Positions 9,336 through 19,252 of a stretch of DNA of 64,000 bases are shown one piece after another. The notes under the pieces were generated by a model. The model worked only from the letters and a program-made list of their open reading frames with translations. It was not told where the DNA came from and did not search any database. Positions within the stretch are counted from its first letter, which is position 1; every line of letters begins with the position of its first letter. The DNA comes from Spirochaetia bacterium (GTDB lineage: Bacteria > Spirochaetota > Spirochaetia > SZUA-6 > Bin103): the NCBI GenBank assembly GCA_965208575.1, contig CBDBOV010000002.1:704001-768000 (forward strand). Reading direction: 5' to 3'. The position numbers and the translations under genes were made by a program.

Positions 9336-10080
9336 TCAATCGCCGCCCCGGTGGTGCGCGAACCAGGGGATGGCGAAGCCTACCAGCGCCTGTGCGGACA
9401 GCAGCGTGCAACAGGCTTGGCCGGCCAATCCGGTGCGGGTAGTCGTGTCCTGCCGCCCAAAGGCAGCGCCTACCTCATCGAAGTCGTGTTCATCAATGTC
9501 GGGCTCGCGGTAACTCACCCATCGCCGGACCCCGTCGACCAGGACCGGCGCGCCGGCCGGCTTGGTCTCCTGGTGGTCGCCGAGCGCGCGCCGTTCGGCA
9601 AAATGCAGCATGGTGTTGGTCCGGTGCCCGACCTTGCGCCCGACCCCCAGGAGCAAGACGTGGCCACCCAAGTCGTGGACCACCGACAGAGGCGATCCTT
9701 CGCCCATCGGATCCTCAAGCCGCTGGGCGGCGACGATCGGTGCCGCGTACCGCCCGAGGGCCGCGAACGAACAGGACGGATGATTGCTGCGAACCGCATC
9801 TGGCCAGGTACGGAATAACTCCGGGATAACGCCGATGAAGGTCGTGGGAGTGACGGCGGCGTCGAACGCCGGCATCGTCGCTCGGATCATCTCCCGCCAG
9901 GCAGACGGCACCGGCGGATTCTCCCATCCCGCCGGGTCGGACAGGCCCGTGGAATGAGCGGGCATGACTATGGTGCCGGTCGTGCCTACTGCCTGCAGCA
10001 GCGCCCGGATCACGGCAACCGGCCCGCCGCAGACCCAGCCGATGGCGCTCAACGAGGAGTGGACCAGCACGACCATCCCT
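9336..10080 (-). pseudogene. AAC(3)/YokD family N-acetyltransferase, 5'-truncated at the HNH element boundary
   Basis: GMVVLVHSSLSAIGWVCGG, GTIVMP, RSNHP..SFAA, NT.LH.AE; the codons upstream of GM are element sequence; an internal ATG at 10076 could still be used. Confidence 0.75.
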
Positions 10081-10288
10081 CTGCACCAAAAAAACTGCAG
10101 AAAATCGGGCGCAGGGGTTGACGCACTTTTCCGCTGCCGCTGAAGGCCCCTGGCGGGCCGTGAAGTCCGGCAATGGTGTGCGCCCGTCAAGTGGCCGAAC
10201 GCGTGCCCCAGGAGCCGCCAATTCGCGCCCCACGGGCGCTTCCGGGACCGGGTCGAGGACCTGCAAAAAAGTGCTATCTACAGTCCAG

Positions 10289-10303
10289 TGGTATATTTAA
10301 GGT
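10289..10303 (+). promoter_or_regulatory. Extended -10 promoter TGgTATATT; probably leaderless HNH transcript
   Basis: TATATT at 10292-10297, ATG at 10304. Confidence 0.55.
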
Positions 10304-12811
10304 ATGATGAACATGACCGGCGGGACCGGCAGACGACCCTTCAGCTCACTCGGCGATCAGCAGCTCCTGGAGCAGACCCGGCGTCTGGCGGCCAACCAGC
10401 GCGGCCTCGAAGTGCACATCCTGGACCATCTCGACGAGATCGACCGTCGCGGGCTGGCGCTGCGGCGCGGGTTCTCGAGCCTGTTCGACTACGCGGTGCG
10501 GGAGTTGCTGTTCACCGATGCGGCCGCGCAACGGCGTATTCAGACCATGAGGTTGTGCCGGCGGCATGGCTGGGTGCGGGCGATGCTGCACAGCGGCGAG
10601 TTGAGTGTGACGTCGGCGGCGCAGTTGGAGACCGCGTTTGGCGCCGCCGAGCGGCAGTGCCGGAGAGCGAGCGCGACCGTCGATCAGGAGCGCTGCCAAG
10701 GTCTGCATGGGCTGCCTGCTGCGCCGGGCGAAGCGGGAGACCAGGATGGCGAAGCGTCGGGAGCGGGGATGGCCGGTGCCGCGGCGGGGACGGCATCGGC
10801 GCCGCCCGGCGTGGCCGCCGTCGACCAGGAGGCGCGGTCGCTCGGTGACGCCGGAGGCTACGGGGCCCGGCACACCGAGAGCGACCGTTGCAGCCGACCG
10901 CCGGACGAGCCGGCGGCGCGGTCGCTCGGTGACACCGGCCACGGGGACCGGCATGCGGAGAGCGACCGTTGCAGCCCATCGTCGGACGACTCGGCGGCAG
11001 TCGGTGCCCGCCCGGCAGCGGCGGGTGCGCAGCCGGTGAGCCGATTGGACTGGAGTGCCGCCACCTCGGGCGCTGCACCGGCTTCGACGGCCGCCACGCG
11101 GCACGCGCCACCGCCTGCGGCGCCGGGGCGTGTACCGCGGCCCGGGCTCACGGGCTACGAGGCGGCGGCCACGCCGGTGGTGCCGGCGGCGAGCCACGCC
11201 GCTGCGCAGCACCTCGGCGCCCGGCATGGCGATGCGCTGCCGGCACGGCGGGAGCCGAGCGGAGCCGCCTGGCACTGTCCGGCACCCGTGCGCGCTCCCG
11301 GTGTCGCCGTGGCCTCCTCGGACCAGGGCCCGGCGGCGCCACTTCCGCCGCCGACGAGTGGCGCCGAGCCGGAACCGTTGCCGGTCGTGGCCGCACCGGC
11401 GCCGTCGCGGGGTGATCGGAACCCGGAACGGTGTTCCAACCCGGAACCGTGTTCCGGCCCGAAGCGGCCCGCCGGGCCGGTGTCGGCCGCCGCGCTGCTG
11501 CACCCGCGGCGCCAGCGCGAGCTGATCGAGCAGGCCGCCGGCATGACCACGCGCCAGGTCGCCGGCCTGCTGGCCAGTGCCGCTCCCCAGGTGGTGCCGC
11601 CGCGCGACACGCTGCGCGCGGTGGCGCCGGACCGCTACACCTTGAAGGTGAGCATCGACCAGGAGTGCGAGCAGGGGCTGCGCCAACTGAAGGACCTGCT
11701 GTCGCACGTCGACCCGCGCATGTCGTGGGGGGACCTGGTGGCGCGCGTGGTGCGCGAGGCGGTGGCGCGGCACGACCCGCGCGGCGGCGGTGGCAGGCGG
11801 GGGCGTGCGGGCGGCACGGCAGCATCGTCGCGGCGGCAGCGGACCCGCACACCCTCGGTCGTGGCGGCGGCGGGCGCCGGGGAGCAACCGCGGGCCGCGA
11901 CGACCCGCAACGCTGCCGGGGTGCGCGGCGTTGCGCCCGCCGCCCCGACGGGCGGTGCAAGGGCAGTTGGCACCCGCGCAGGTGCCGCTGCTTCGGCCAC
12001 GCCCGCCGTTGCTGCGGCGCCGGAGGGTCAGAGCGCCGGCGGCGGCCCTGCCGACGGTACTGATGCCACGCCGTTCCGGGCGGCCACGGCTGCGGCGCCG
12101 CAGTTGGCCAGCGACGGCTCCGCCGACGGTGCTGATGGGACGCCGACCCGGCCCGCCACGAGTGCGGCGCCGAAGTTGGCCGGCGGCGGATCTGTCGACG
12201 GCGCTGATGCGACGCCGATCCGGTCGGCCACGGCTGCGCCGCCGAAGTTAGTCAGCGGCGGCTCCGCCGCCGGCGCTGGTGCGACGCCGACCGGGTCGGC
12301 CACGAGTGCGGCGCCGAAGTTGGTCAGCGGCGGCTCCGCCGATGGCGCTGGTGCCACGCGCATCCGGTCGGCTACGACTGCGGCGCCGAAGTTGGCCGGC
12401 GGCGGCTCCGCTGGCAGCGCTGATGCGACGCGGATCCGGCGGGCTACGGCTGCGGCGCCGAAGTTGGCCAGATGCGTGCGGCCTGTGCGTGGTGCGGGCG
12501 GCACGGCGGGGGGAGCATCGCCGCGGTGCACCCGCGATGCTCCGCTCGGCCCGCGCCGGTCGCCGCCGCGGCGCCCCATTCCGGCGGCTGTCCGGCGTCA
12601 CGTCTGGCGGCGCGACGGGGGGCGCTGCCGCTATCGGGACCCGCTCACCGGTCGCCGCTGCAATTCGTCCCACCTGCTACAGATCCACCACCTGCTGCCG
12701 GTTGCCGACGGGGGCGGCCCGGAGCCGGAGAACTTGGCTCTCGCGTGCTTGGCGCACCACCGCATGTGCCACGGCTACGGACCAGCTCCGCCGCCCGAGC
12801 CGTTGCGGTAG
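10304..12811 (+). CDS. HNH endonuclease with DUF222-like helical N-terminus (paralog of 837-3449)
   Basis: Near-identical N-terminal, central and HNH blocks; linkers differ. Confidence 0.85.
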   Translation: MMNMTGGTGRRPFSSLGDQQLLEQTRRLAANQRGLEVHILDHLDEIDRRGLALRRGFSSLFDYAVRELLFTDAAAQRRIQTMRLCRRHGWVRAMLHSGELSVTSAAQLETAFGAAERQCRRASATVDQERCQGLHGLPAAPGEAGDQDGEASGAGMAGAAAGTASAPPGVAAVDQEARSLGDAGGYGARHTESDRCSRPPDEPAARSLGDTGHGDRHAESDRCSPSSDDSAAVGARPAAAGAQPVSRLDWSAATSGAAPASTAATRHAPPPAAPGRVPRPGLTGYEAAATPVVPAASHAAAQHLGARHGDALPARREPSGAAWHCPAPVRAPGVAVASSDQGPAAPLPPPTSGAEPEPLPVVAAPAPSRGDRNPERCSNPEPCSGPKRPAGPVSAAALLHPRRQRELIEQAAGMTTRQVAGLLASAAPQVVPPRDTLRAVAPDRYTLKVSIDQECEQGLRQLKDLLSHVDPRMSWGDLVARVVREAVARHDPRGGGGRRGRAGGTAASSRRQRTRTPSVVAAAGAGEQPRAATTRNAAGVRGVAPAAPTGGARAVGTRAGAAASATPAVAAAPEGQSAGGGPADGTDATPFRAATAAAPQLASDGSADGADGTPTRPATSAAPKLAGGGSVDGADATPIRSATAAPPKLVSGGSAAGAGATPTGSATSAAPKLVSGGSADGAGATRIRSATTAAPKLAGGGSAGSADATRIRRATAAAPKLARCVRPVRGAGGTAGGASPRCTRDAPLGPRRSPPRRPIPAAVRRHVWRRDGGRCRYRDPLTGRRCNSSHLLQIHHLLPVADGGGPEPENLALACLAHHRMCHGYGPAPPPEPLR
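12030..12470 (+). repeat. 72 bp coding tandem repeat, 6 units
   Basis: tgcggcgccgaagttgg-like motif at 12091, 12163, 12235, 12307, 12379, 12451. Confidence 0.92.
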
Positions 12812-12972
12812 CGCTGCCTCCACGCGGTGGCCGCGTGCGGAGTTGGCCGCCCGTCGTGCGCTCCTGCAAGCTGTCTGCCGTCGATCCCGGCCATGCGAAT
12901 TCTGCCGTTTCCGGCGTTCGGACCCCACGTGGGGTTGAGCAACGGTCGGGCGGCGTGCCACGGTGACCGACG

Positions 12973-13890
12973 ATGAAGGCACGAACGATCGAATATCAAC
13001 CGGGCGGAGGGGTGCGGCTGGTGGAGACGGCGGTTGCCGATCCGGGGCCGGGCGAGGTGCAGGTGCGGGCGGCGGCGTGCGGCATCTGTGCGTGGGACCT
13101 GTACACCTACCGGCACGGCAGCGACGCCCCGAGCGCGGCGCCCGCGGGGCACGAGGGGATCGGCCGGGTGCTGAAGGTGGGTCGCGGCGTCAGCGGCCTC
13201 GCCGAGGGCGACGCGGTGGTGGCGCGCGGCTTCGCCACGGTGCACAACGTGGCCGCCGAACGCGCGCTGCGTATCCCGGATACCGACATTCCGCTCGAGC
13301 GCTGGATCGTGGAGCCGGTGAGTTGCGTGGTCACCGGTCTGGACCACACCCGCGCCCGTGCCGGCGACCGGGTGGCGGTGATCGGCTGCGGCTTCATGGG
13401 ACTGATGCTGCTGCAGGGGCTGGTTCGCTCGTGCGTCCATCACCTGGCGGCAATCGACGTGAACCGCGACCGGCTGACCCTGGCGCGCAGCTTCGGCGTG
13501 GACGCCGCCTACCATCCCGAGGACGAGGGGCTCGCCGGCGAGGAGCCGTTCGACTGCGTGGTCGATGCTTCCGGCGCGCAGGCGGGCCTCGACCTGGCGA
13601 CCGGCCTGCTCGGCCGCGGCGGCGTGCTCAACCTGTTCGGCTGGAACCACGGCCGGCCCACGTTCGCCGGCGACCGCTGGCACCTCGGCGGCTTCACGGT
13701 GGTCAACTCCGCCCCCGGTTCCCGGATCCGCGACACCTTCCCGCCCGCGATCCGGCTCATCGCCAAGCGCATCATCGACCTGGAACCGCTCATCACCCAC
13801 ACCGTCCCGCTCGACGCCTATCCCGACCTGCTCGCCCAGGTGGCGGCGGGCGACCCCGGCTACATCAAGGGGGTGGTCACTCTCGACTGA
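12973..13890 (+). CDS. Zinc-binding alcohol dehydrogenase (MDR) family protein
   Basis: CGICAWD, GHEGIG, IGCGFMG. Confidence 0.9.
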   Translation: MKARTIEYQPGGGVRLVETAVADPGPGEVQVRAAACGICAWDLYTYRHGSDAPSAAPAGHEGIGRVLKVGRGVSGLAEGDAVVARGFATVHNVAAERALRIPDTDIPLERWIVEPVSCVVTGLDHTRARAGDRVAVIGCGFMGLMLLQGLVRSCVHHLAAIDVNRDRLTLARSFGVDAAYHPEDEGLAGEEPFDCVVDASGAQAGLDLATGLLGRGGVLNLFGWNHGRPTFAGDRWHLGGFTVVNSAPGSRIRDTFPPAIRLIAKRIIDLEPLITHTVPLDAYPDLLAQVAAGDPGYIKGVVTLD

Positions 13891-16101
13891 CGCGCGCGCC
13901 GAACAGGTACCGATACAGCATGAGCGCAAGCTGTGGATCGCGCTGCTCCAGCCGGATTCGGGCGTCCGGCGTCAGGTGCATCGTGCGGCACGTCTCGTCC
14001 GCGACCACCGACGCATCTTTCTCATGCAACGACCCGGACGGCCATACGACGCCGCCGGGGCGATACTGACTCATGCGCGCACCGTCGGCGTCGTAACCGG
14101 AAGCGCGCCCCGAGATCACCAATTGCAGACCGTCGTGCGGCGCTCCCGGCCCCTTCAGGGCGATGCCGGCGTCGTATCGGCATGCACTCGTCCACCGTTG
14201 CAGTTGCTCGGTCAGGTACTCGAAGTCGATCTGCCGCTCCAGGTAGCGGTCCAGGTCGCCGGCGGCGTGCTCCAGCAGCGCGGCGCGCCGACCGTGCGTG
14301 CGGTCTTCGTCTTCCTTCCACGCCGCGAGCACGATCTCCTCGCAGCGCTCCAGGGCGCGGTCCAGGTTCGGCTCCATCGGCAGCTCCGCGTACACGGAGG
14401 CGGACAGGTTGTGCTCGACACCGGTGCGCAAGGCCTCGGACGTCGCGCTCAGCACCACCCCCACCCCGGCCGCGTGCGCGGTCTGCATGAACCGGCACAG
14501 CACGTTCACGGCCGAGAAGTCGAAGCCGGACACTGCGGAGAAATCCAGAAGCAGACAGAGGGGACGCACCGGGCCGTGCAACTCCTGCCGGAGACGTTCG
14601 GCCAGCGGGGAGACACCGCCGAAGAACAGGTAGCCGCGCAGCCGGTAGGCGTGCACCCGCTCCCCTTCCTCCAGCAGGATGGCCCGGTCGGGCACGGGGC
14701 GCGCCTTGTTGCTGTGCCGTTCGCGCAGGGTGAACCGCGCCTCCACCGGATTGACGCCGCTGAGGCGCACCACGAAGAACACCAGGGTGGCCAGCATGCC
14801 GGCGCCGACTCCCTCCAGCAATCCGAACGCGGTGATGGCGACGAAGATCAGCACGATGATGCCGTATTCGGCCCAGGGCAGGCGGCGGCGGCTCTTCACC
14901 AGCCCCTCGTCCAGCATGCCGAGCCCGGCGAACACCAGGATCCGCCCACCAGAGCCGCCGGCACCAGCTCCAGCATGCCGTCGCCCAGGAACAGCGCGCC
15001 GCCGACCACCAGCGCGGCGACCACGCCGGTCAGCCGCGTGGCCGCTCCGAACAGCTTGCTGCGCAGCGACGCGGGCACGACGAGGGTCGCCACGGTGCCG
15101 CCGCCCAGGCCGGCGACGGCGCTGGCGACCCCCGTGACGCGAAACTCACGGTCCCAGTCCAGCTCCTGGTCGGCGGCCAGTTCCAGCCCGGCTATGTTCA
15201 GGACCACGCAGATGAAGGCCACCAGGATCAGCGTCAGCATGTGGGGAACCTGCCCGGCCAGCGCCGTCCACTCCACATGCGCCAGGTCGGCGGGGAGCAC
15301 CGAAGGCCACAGGCCGCCGTCGGCGGTGCTGGTCAGCAGCAGGCCCGCCGCCCGCGCCTCGTCGCCCGGTATCCCGAGCGAGGCGAGCGCGAGGTGGTAT
15401 CCGCCGACGGCGAGGGCGACGCTCACCGGCAGGATCAGCGGGTTGCGCCAACGCCTCATCGCCAGGTAGAGGGCGATTCCGTACACCGCTCCCGGGCTCC
15501 ATCTCCACAGCACGGAGGGTTCCAGCAGGGCGGGCAGCGCCCGCCAGTCGGGTTTCGCCCCCATCAGCGCCAGCGCCGCCAGGCACACCGCCCCGCCGAT
15601 GCCGGCGACGAATCCGCCGGCCACCGGGTAGGGGATGAAGCGCACCAGGTTGGCGAGCCGGAACCGTCCGATCAGGAGGCAGCATGCGCCGGTGGCCACC
15701 GCGCTGATCACCAGCGCGGCAACCGTGGTGACGAACAGCGCATGCCCCTCGGCGATCATGGAAAAGCCGATCGTGGCCATCACGATGACGAGCGCCGGCG
15801 ACAGCCCCGCGATCGCGCCGCGGTAGCCGCCGGCGAGCGCGATCACCAGGCACGCCGCGAAGTTCCCGAACAAGACCAGGCCGACGCCCTGGGAGGAGTA
15901 GGAAGCCAGCGGCCCGGAGAAGATGAAGCTGCCGAACGCCACCTGCGCCACCAGCAGCCCCAGGCCGGAGGTAAGGCCGGCCGACAGCGCCGCCAGCGCC
16001 CGCGCGGACGCCAGGTCGGCACGCAACTCGGACGCGAGATCCCGGATCAAGTTTCTCTTCGCTCCGGGTTCTGCTGCTGGTGAAGTGGAGGCTTGCGCCA
16101 T
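13877..16101 (-). pseudogene. SulP-family anion transporter with STAS and cNMP-binding domains, frameshifted near 14943
   Basis: FIPYPVAGGFVAGIG, D.DREF, LRGYLFFG, LLLDFSAVSGFD; two ORFs join as ...LVGG|ILVFAGL if one G is added; may be a sequencing error. Confidence 0.75.
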
Positions 16102-16205
16102 GCTTGTTTCTGGACGAGTGTACCGAAACAATGCCCCAAGAGGCACCGGCGGCTCAGCCGGCTCCTCTGCCTACCGCCGACCCGGCGTCGACGCTGTCAG
16201 AGCGC

Positions 16206-17078
16206 CTACTCCGGGTCGCTGCCGGTCACTTCGCGCACCAGCCGGGTCAGGTAGACGTGGGCGTCCCGGACGTAGCGCGGCAGGTTCTCGGTGTCTTCGA
16301 CCTCCAGCTCCACTGCCAGCGGGCCGTCGAAGTCGAGCGCGTGCAGCTCTTCGACATAGCCGCGCAGGTCGATCTCGCCGGTGCCCAGGGGCACCGACAC
16401 TTCACCGCGGTTGTCCTTGACGTGCAGGTTCCAGATCCGGTCGCCGTAAGCGCGGATGAAGGCGCGCCAGTCCACCTCGGAGCGGTGGAAATGGCCGGTG
16501 TCGATGGTGATGCCCACCTTCGGATGGTCGATCTCGCTGAAGATGCGGTCGAAGTCGGCGCGCACCGAGAAGTTGGAGCCGTGGTGCGGTTCCAGGGCCA
16601 GCCGCACCGGCAGATGCTCCACCAGCGGCAGCAGCCGCTTGATGCCGGCGATCGGCGCCGCCAGCCCCACCGAGCGCACCCGCGCGCGCCGCACCGGGGA
16701 ACTCAGGCTGTCGCGCTGCGCCGCCGCCTGCGCCGGAGACAGTCCGCCGGTCATCACCACCAGCGGCGACCGCAGTCCCTCGGCCAGGGCGAACACGCTC
16801 GCCATCTGCTCAGCCGCCGCTTCCGCGGTCGCCTCGGAGTCGGCCGGAAAGGCGGGCGCGTACACCTCCGTGCAGCGGCGCAGGCCGGCCGCCTGCGCCG
16901 CACCTCTCAGCCTGCCGGCATCGAGCCAGCGCGCCTCGCCGAGCGCGCGCTGCGCCACCGAGGCGATGCCCCAGGCACGGAAGCCGGCGCGCGGCGCGTA
17001 GCGGAAGCAGGCCGCGGTCTCGTCGCCGTCGATGCCGCGCGTGGCGCAGGTGGTGCAGGACAGGACGAAGCGGCTCAA
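16206..17078 (-). CDS. Sugar phosphate isomerase/epimerase (AP endonuclease 2 TIM barrel)
   Basis: LEPH, IDTGH, LHVKD, PLGTGEID, VELE; TTG start overlaps the upstream stop. Confidence 0.85.
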   Translation of the reverse strand: MSRFVLSCTTCATRGIDGDETAACFRYAPRAGFRAWGIASVAQRALGEARWLDAGRLRGAAQAAGLRRCTEVYAPAFPADSEATAEAAAEQMASVFALAEGLRSPLVVMTGGLSPAQAAAQRDSLSSPVRRARVRSVGLAAPIAGIKRLLPLVEHLPVRLALEPHHGSNFSVRADFDRIFSEIDHPKVGITIDTGHFHRSEVDWRAFIRAYGDRIWNLHVKDNRGEVSVPLGTGEIDLRGYVEELHALDFDGPLAVELEVEDTENLPRYVRDAHVYLTRLVREVTGSDPE

Positions 17079-18223
17079 AGGTCCACCCAGCGGCGCTCGT
17101 CGGCGGCCTTGAGCACCGCGTCGCACACCACCTGGGTGGCCTGCGCGTCGGCGAAGTCGGGACAGGTCTTGGTGCCGCTCGCCAGGCCGCCGAGGAAGTC
17201 GGCGAGCGCGTTGATGAAGGTGTGTTCGTAGCCGATCGAGCAGCCCGGCACCCACCAGTGCTCCATGTAGGGGTGGTCGGAGTCCCACACCTGGATGGTG
17301 CGCCAGCCGCGCAGGTGGCCCTCGTCTTCGTGCGTGAAGTAGCCGAGCTCATGCGCGTTCTCCAGGTTGAACGCGATCGATCCCTTCTCGCCGTTGATCT
17401 CGAAGTAGTTCTCGTTCTTGCGCCCGCGCGCGTAGCGGGTCGACTCGAAGGTGGCCATGGCGCCGTTCGCGAAGCGCGCCAGGAACGCGCAGGCGTCGTC
17501 GATCTCCACCGTGGCGCGCTTGCCCGGTTCGTCCTGCAGTTCGCGCTCCTTGATGAACGTCTCGGTGGTGGCGGCCACGCTGGCGACCGGGCCGATCATC
17601 CACATCGCGGTGTCGATCGAGTGCGCGAGCAGGTCGCCGGTGACGCCGCTGCCGGACACGCTCTTGTCCAGCCGCCACAGCGTGTTGCCGCCGAGCGGCA
17701 CGTCGGCGCTGATGGTCCAGTCCTGCAGGTAGCGCGACCGGTAGTGGAACACGCGCCCGATGCGGCCCTCGTCGACAATCTGCCTGGCCAGGGCGATGGC
17801 CGGCACGCGCCGGTAGTTGAACCACACCATGTTGGGCTTGCCGCTCGCCGCCACCGCGTCCACCAGGCGTTGCCCCTCCGCGGCGTTCATGGCCAGCGGC
17901 TTCTCGCAGGCGATGATCTTGCCGGCCGCGGCCGCCGCCGAGGCGATCTCCAGGTGCATGTTGTTGGGGGCGCAGATGTCGACCACGTCGATGTCGGGCC
18001 GCTCCACCACCCGCCGCCAGTCGGTGTCGGTCTCCTGCCAGCCCCAGTTGGCGGCGAACGCGTCGAGCTGGTCCGCCTGCCGCGCGCTGGCCACCTTCAT
18101 CACCGGCCGGTAGTCGAGGTCGAAGAAGTTGTTCACCTTGCGGTAGGCGTTGGAGTGGGCGCGGCCCATGAAGCCGTAGCCGATGATGGCGACGTTGAGC
18201 TGCTTCGTCGTGCGCCCGCTCAC
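17075..18223 (-). CDS. Gfo/Idh/MocA family oxidoreductase
   Basis: IIGYGFMGRAHS, CEKPLA, WFNYR, GDLLAHSID. Confidence 0.92.
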   Translation of the reverse strand: MSGRTTKQLNVAIIGYGFMGRAHSNAYRKVNNFFDLDYRPVMKVASARQADQLDAFAANWGWQETDTDWRRVVERPDIDVVDICAPNNMHLEIASAAAAAGKIIACEKPLAMNAAEGQRLVDAVAASGKPNMVWFNYRRVPAIALARQIVDEGRIGRVFHYRSRYLQDWTISADVPLGGNTLWRLDKSVSGSGVTGDLLAHSIDTAMWMIGPVASVAATTETFIKERELQDEPGKRATVEIDDACAFLARFANGAMATFESTRYARGRKNENYFEINGEKGSIAFNLENAHELGYFTHEDEGHLRGWRTIQVWDSDHPYMEHWWVPGCSIGYEHTFINALADFLGGLASGTKTCPDFADAQATQVVCDAVLKAADERRWVDL

Positions 18224-19131
18224 AGCGAACCCGCCAGCTTGTGCAGGTACGGTACCGCGGCCCGGGCCGCCTCCGGGCCCGCCGGGTTGAAGCAGAAGTC
18301 CACGCACCACCACGACATGTCGGCAAGGCGCGGCTTCAGCGCCTCCAGGGTGGCGGGAAAGTCCACGTAGCCCTCGCCGAACGCGATGTGGGTGCTGGTG
18401 TCGTCGTCGTGCAACTCGCCGTCCGAGTCGATCAGGTGCAGGTGGCCCATGCGGTCGCGGATCATGGCCGCGTACTCGGCGGTGCCGCCGGCCAGCTTCT
18501 CCGCGGCCCCGGTGTGGCGCGAGGCCACCACCGCGCCCATGTAGGCGTGGCTGGTATCGAACAGCAGCTTGAAGCGGGCGTGATCCACCTCGTCGTGCAG
18601 GCGCACCACCTCGCTCGGCTTGTTGAGCCAGAAGCCCGGCTCGAACTCCCACATCAGGGTGACGCCGTGCTCGGCGGCGGCGCCGGCGGCCGCGCGCAGG
18701 CACTGCACGGCGTTGGCGAAGCGCCGGTCGTACTCGGCGGCGTCCAGCTCGTCCGGCGGGCTCGCCGTGTCCATGCGCAGGGCGCCGATGCCGGCGTTGG
18801 TGCAGAACTGCAGGTAGGGCCGCAGTGCGCCGACCATCTGCGCGGGACTCGCGGTAGCCGGCGGCGCCGCCGCCAGGTCGGGGAAGTGGCCGTTGACCGC
18901 GTAGCCCGACACGCCGAGTCCCTTGTCCGCGAGGCGGGTCATCAGCTCCCGGCACTTGGCCGGGGTGTCGTAGTGATCGGGGTTCGGGTGCGGCGCCTGG
19001 GCGTTGATTTCCACGCCGTCGTAGCCGTTGTCGGCGCTGAAGTCGACGAAGCGATCCCACGACCAGGGGTCCGACTCGAACGGGCCGAACGAGAAGGCCC
19101 AGCTCCCGAGGGAGATTTTCGGGGTTGTCAT
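18220..19131 (-). CDS. Sugar phosphate isomerase/epimerase
   Basis: GYDGVE, WEFEPGF, LFDTSH, HLHLIDSDG. Confidence 0.88.
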   Translation of the reverse strand: MTTPKISLGSWAFSFGPFESDPWSWDRFVDFSADNGYDGVEINAQAPHPNPDHYDTPAKCRELMTRLADKGLGVSGYAVNGHFPDLAAAPPATASPAQMVGALRPYLQFCTNAGIGALRMDTASPPDELDAAEYDRRFANAVQCLRAAAGAAAEHGVTLMWEFEPGFWLNKPSEVVRLHDEVDHARFKLLFDTSHAYMGAVVASRHTGAAEKLAGGTAEYAAMIRDRMGHLHLIDSDGELHDDDTSTHIAFGEGYVDFPATLEALKPRLADMSWWCVDFCFNPAGPEAARAAVPYLHKLAGSL

Positions 19132-19252
19132 GGCGCAGATTGTGCCGTGAGAGAGACGATCTCGGCAACGGCGGCCGGTGGCCGGCGGCAGCGGTGTGAA
19201 AGTGGCGGCCGGCGTTGACAGTAGCCGGCACTCCTGCCACGTTGCCGGGCGA

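Larger units (their letters stand above)
10081..12934 (+). mobile_element. Putative HNH-encoding repeated element, copy 2
   Basis: Starts ctgcaccaaaa and ends ggaccccacgtgggg; homologous to reverse complement of 715-3672. Confidence 0.75.

Noticed and set aside
10081-10190. ORF-track N-terminus MTGAHHCRTS... of the AAC(3) ORF as a genuine fusion
   Set aside because: It is the antisense reading of the element end; the same peptide appears at 3563 running into unrelated sequence
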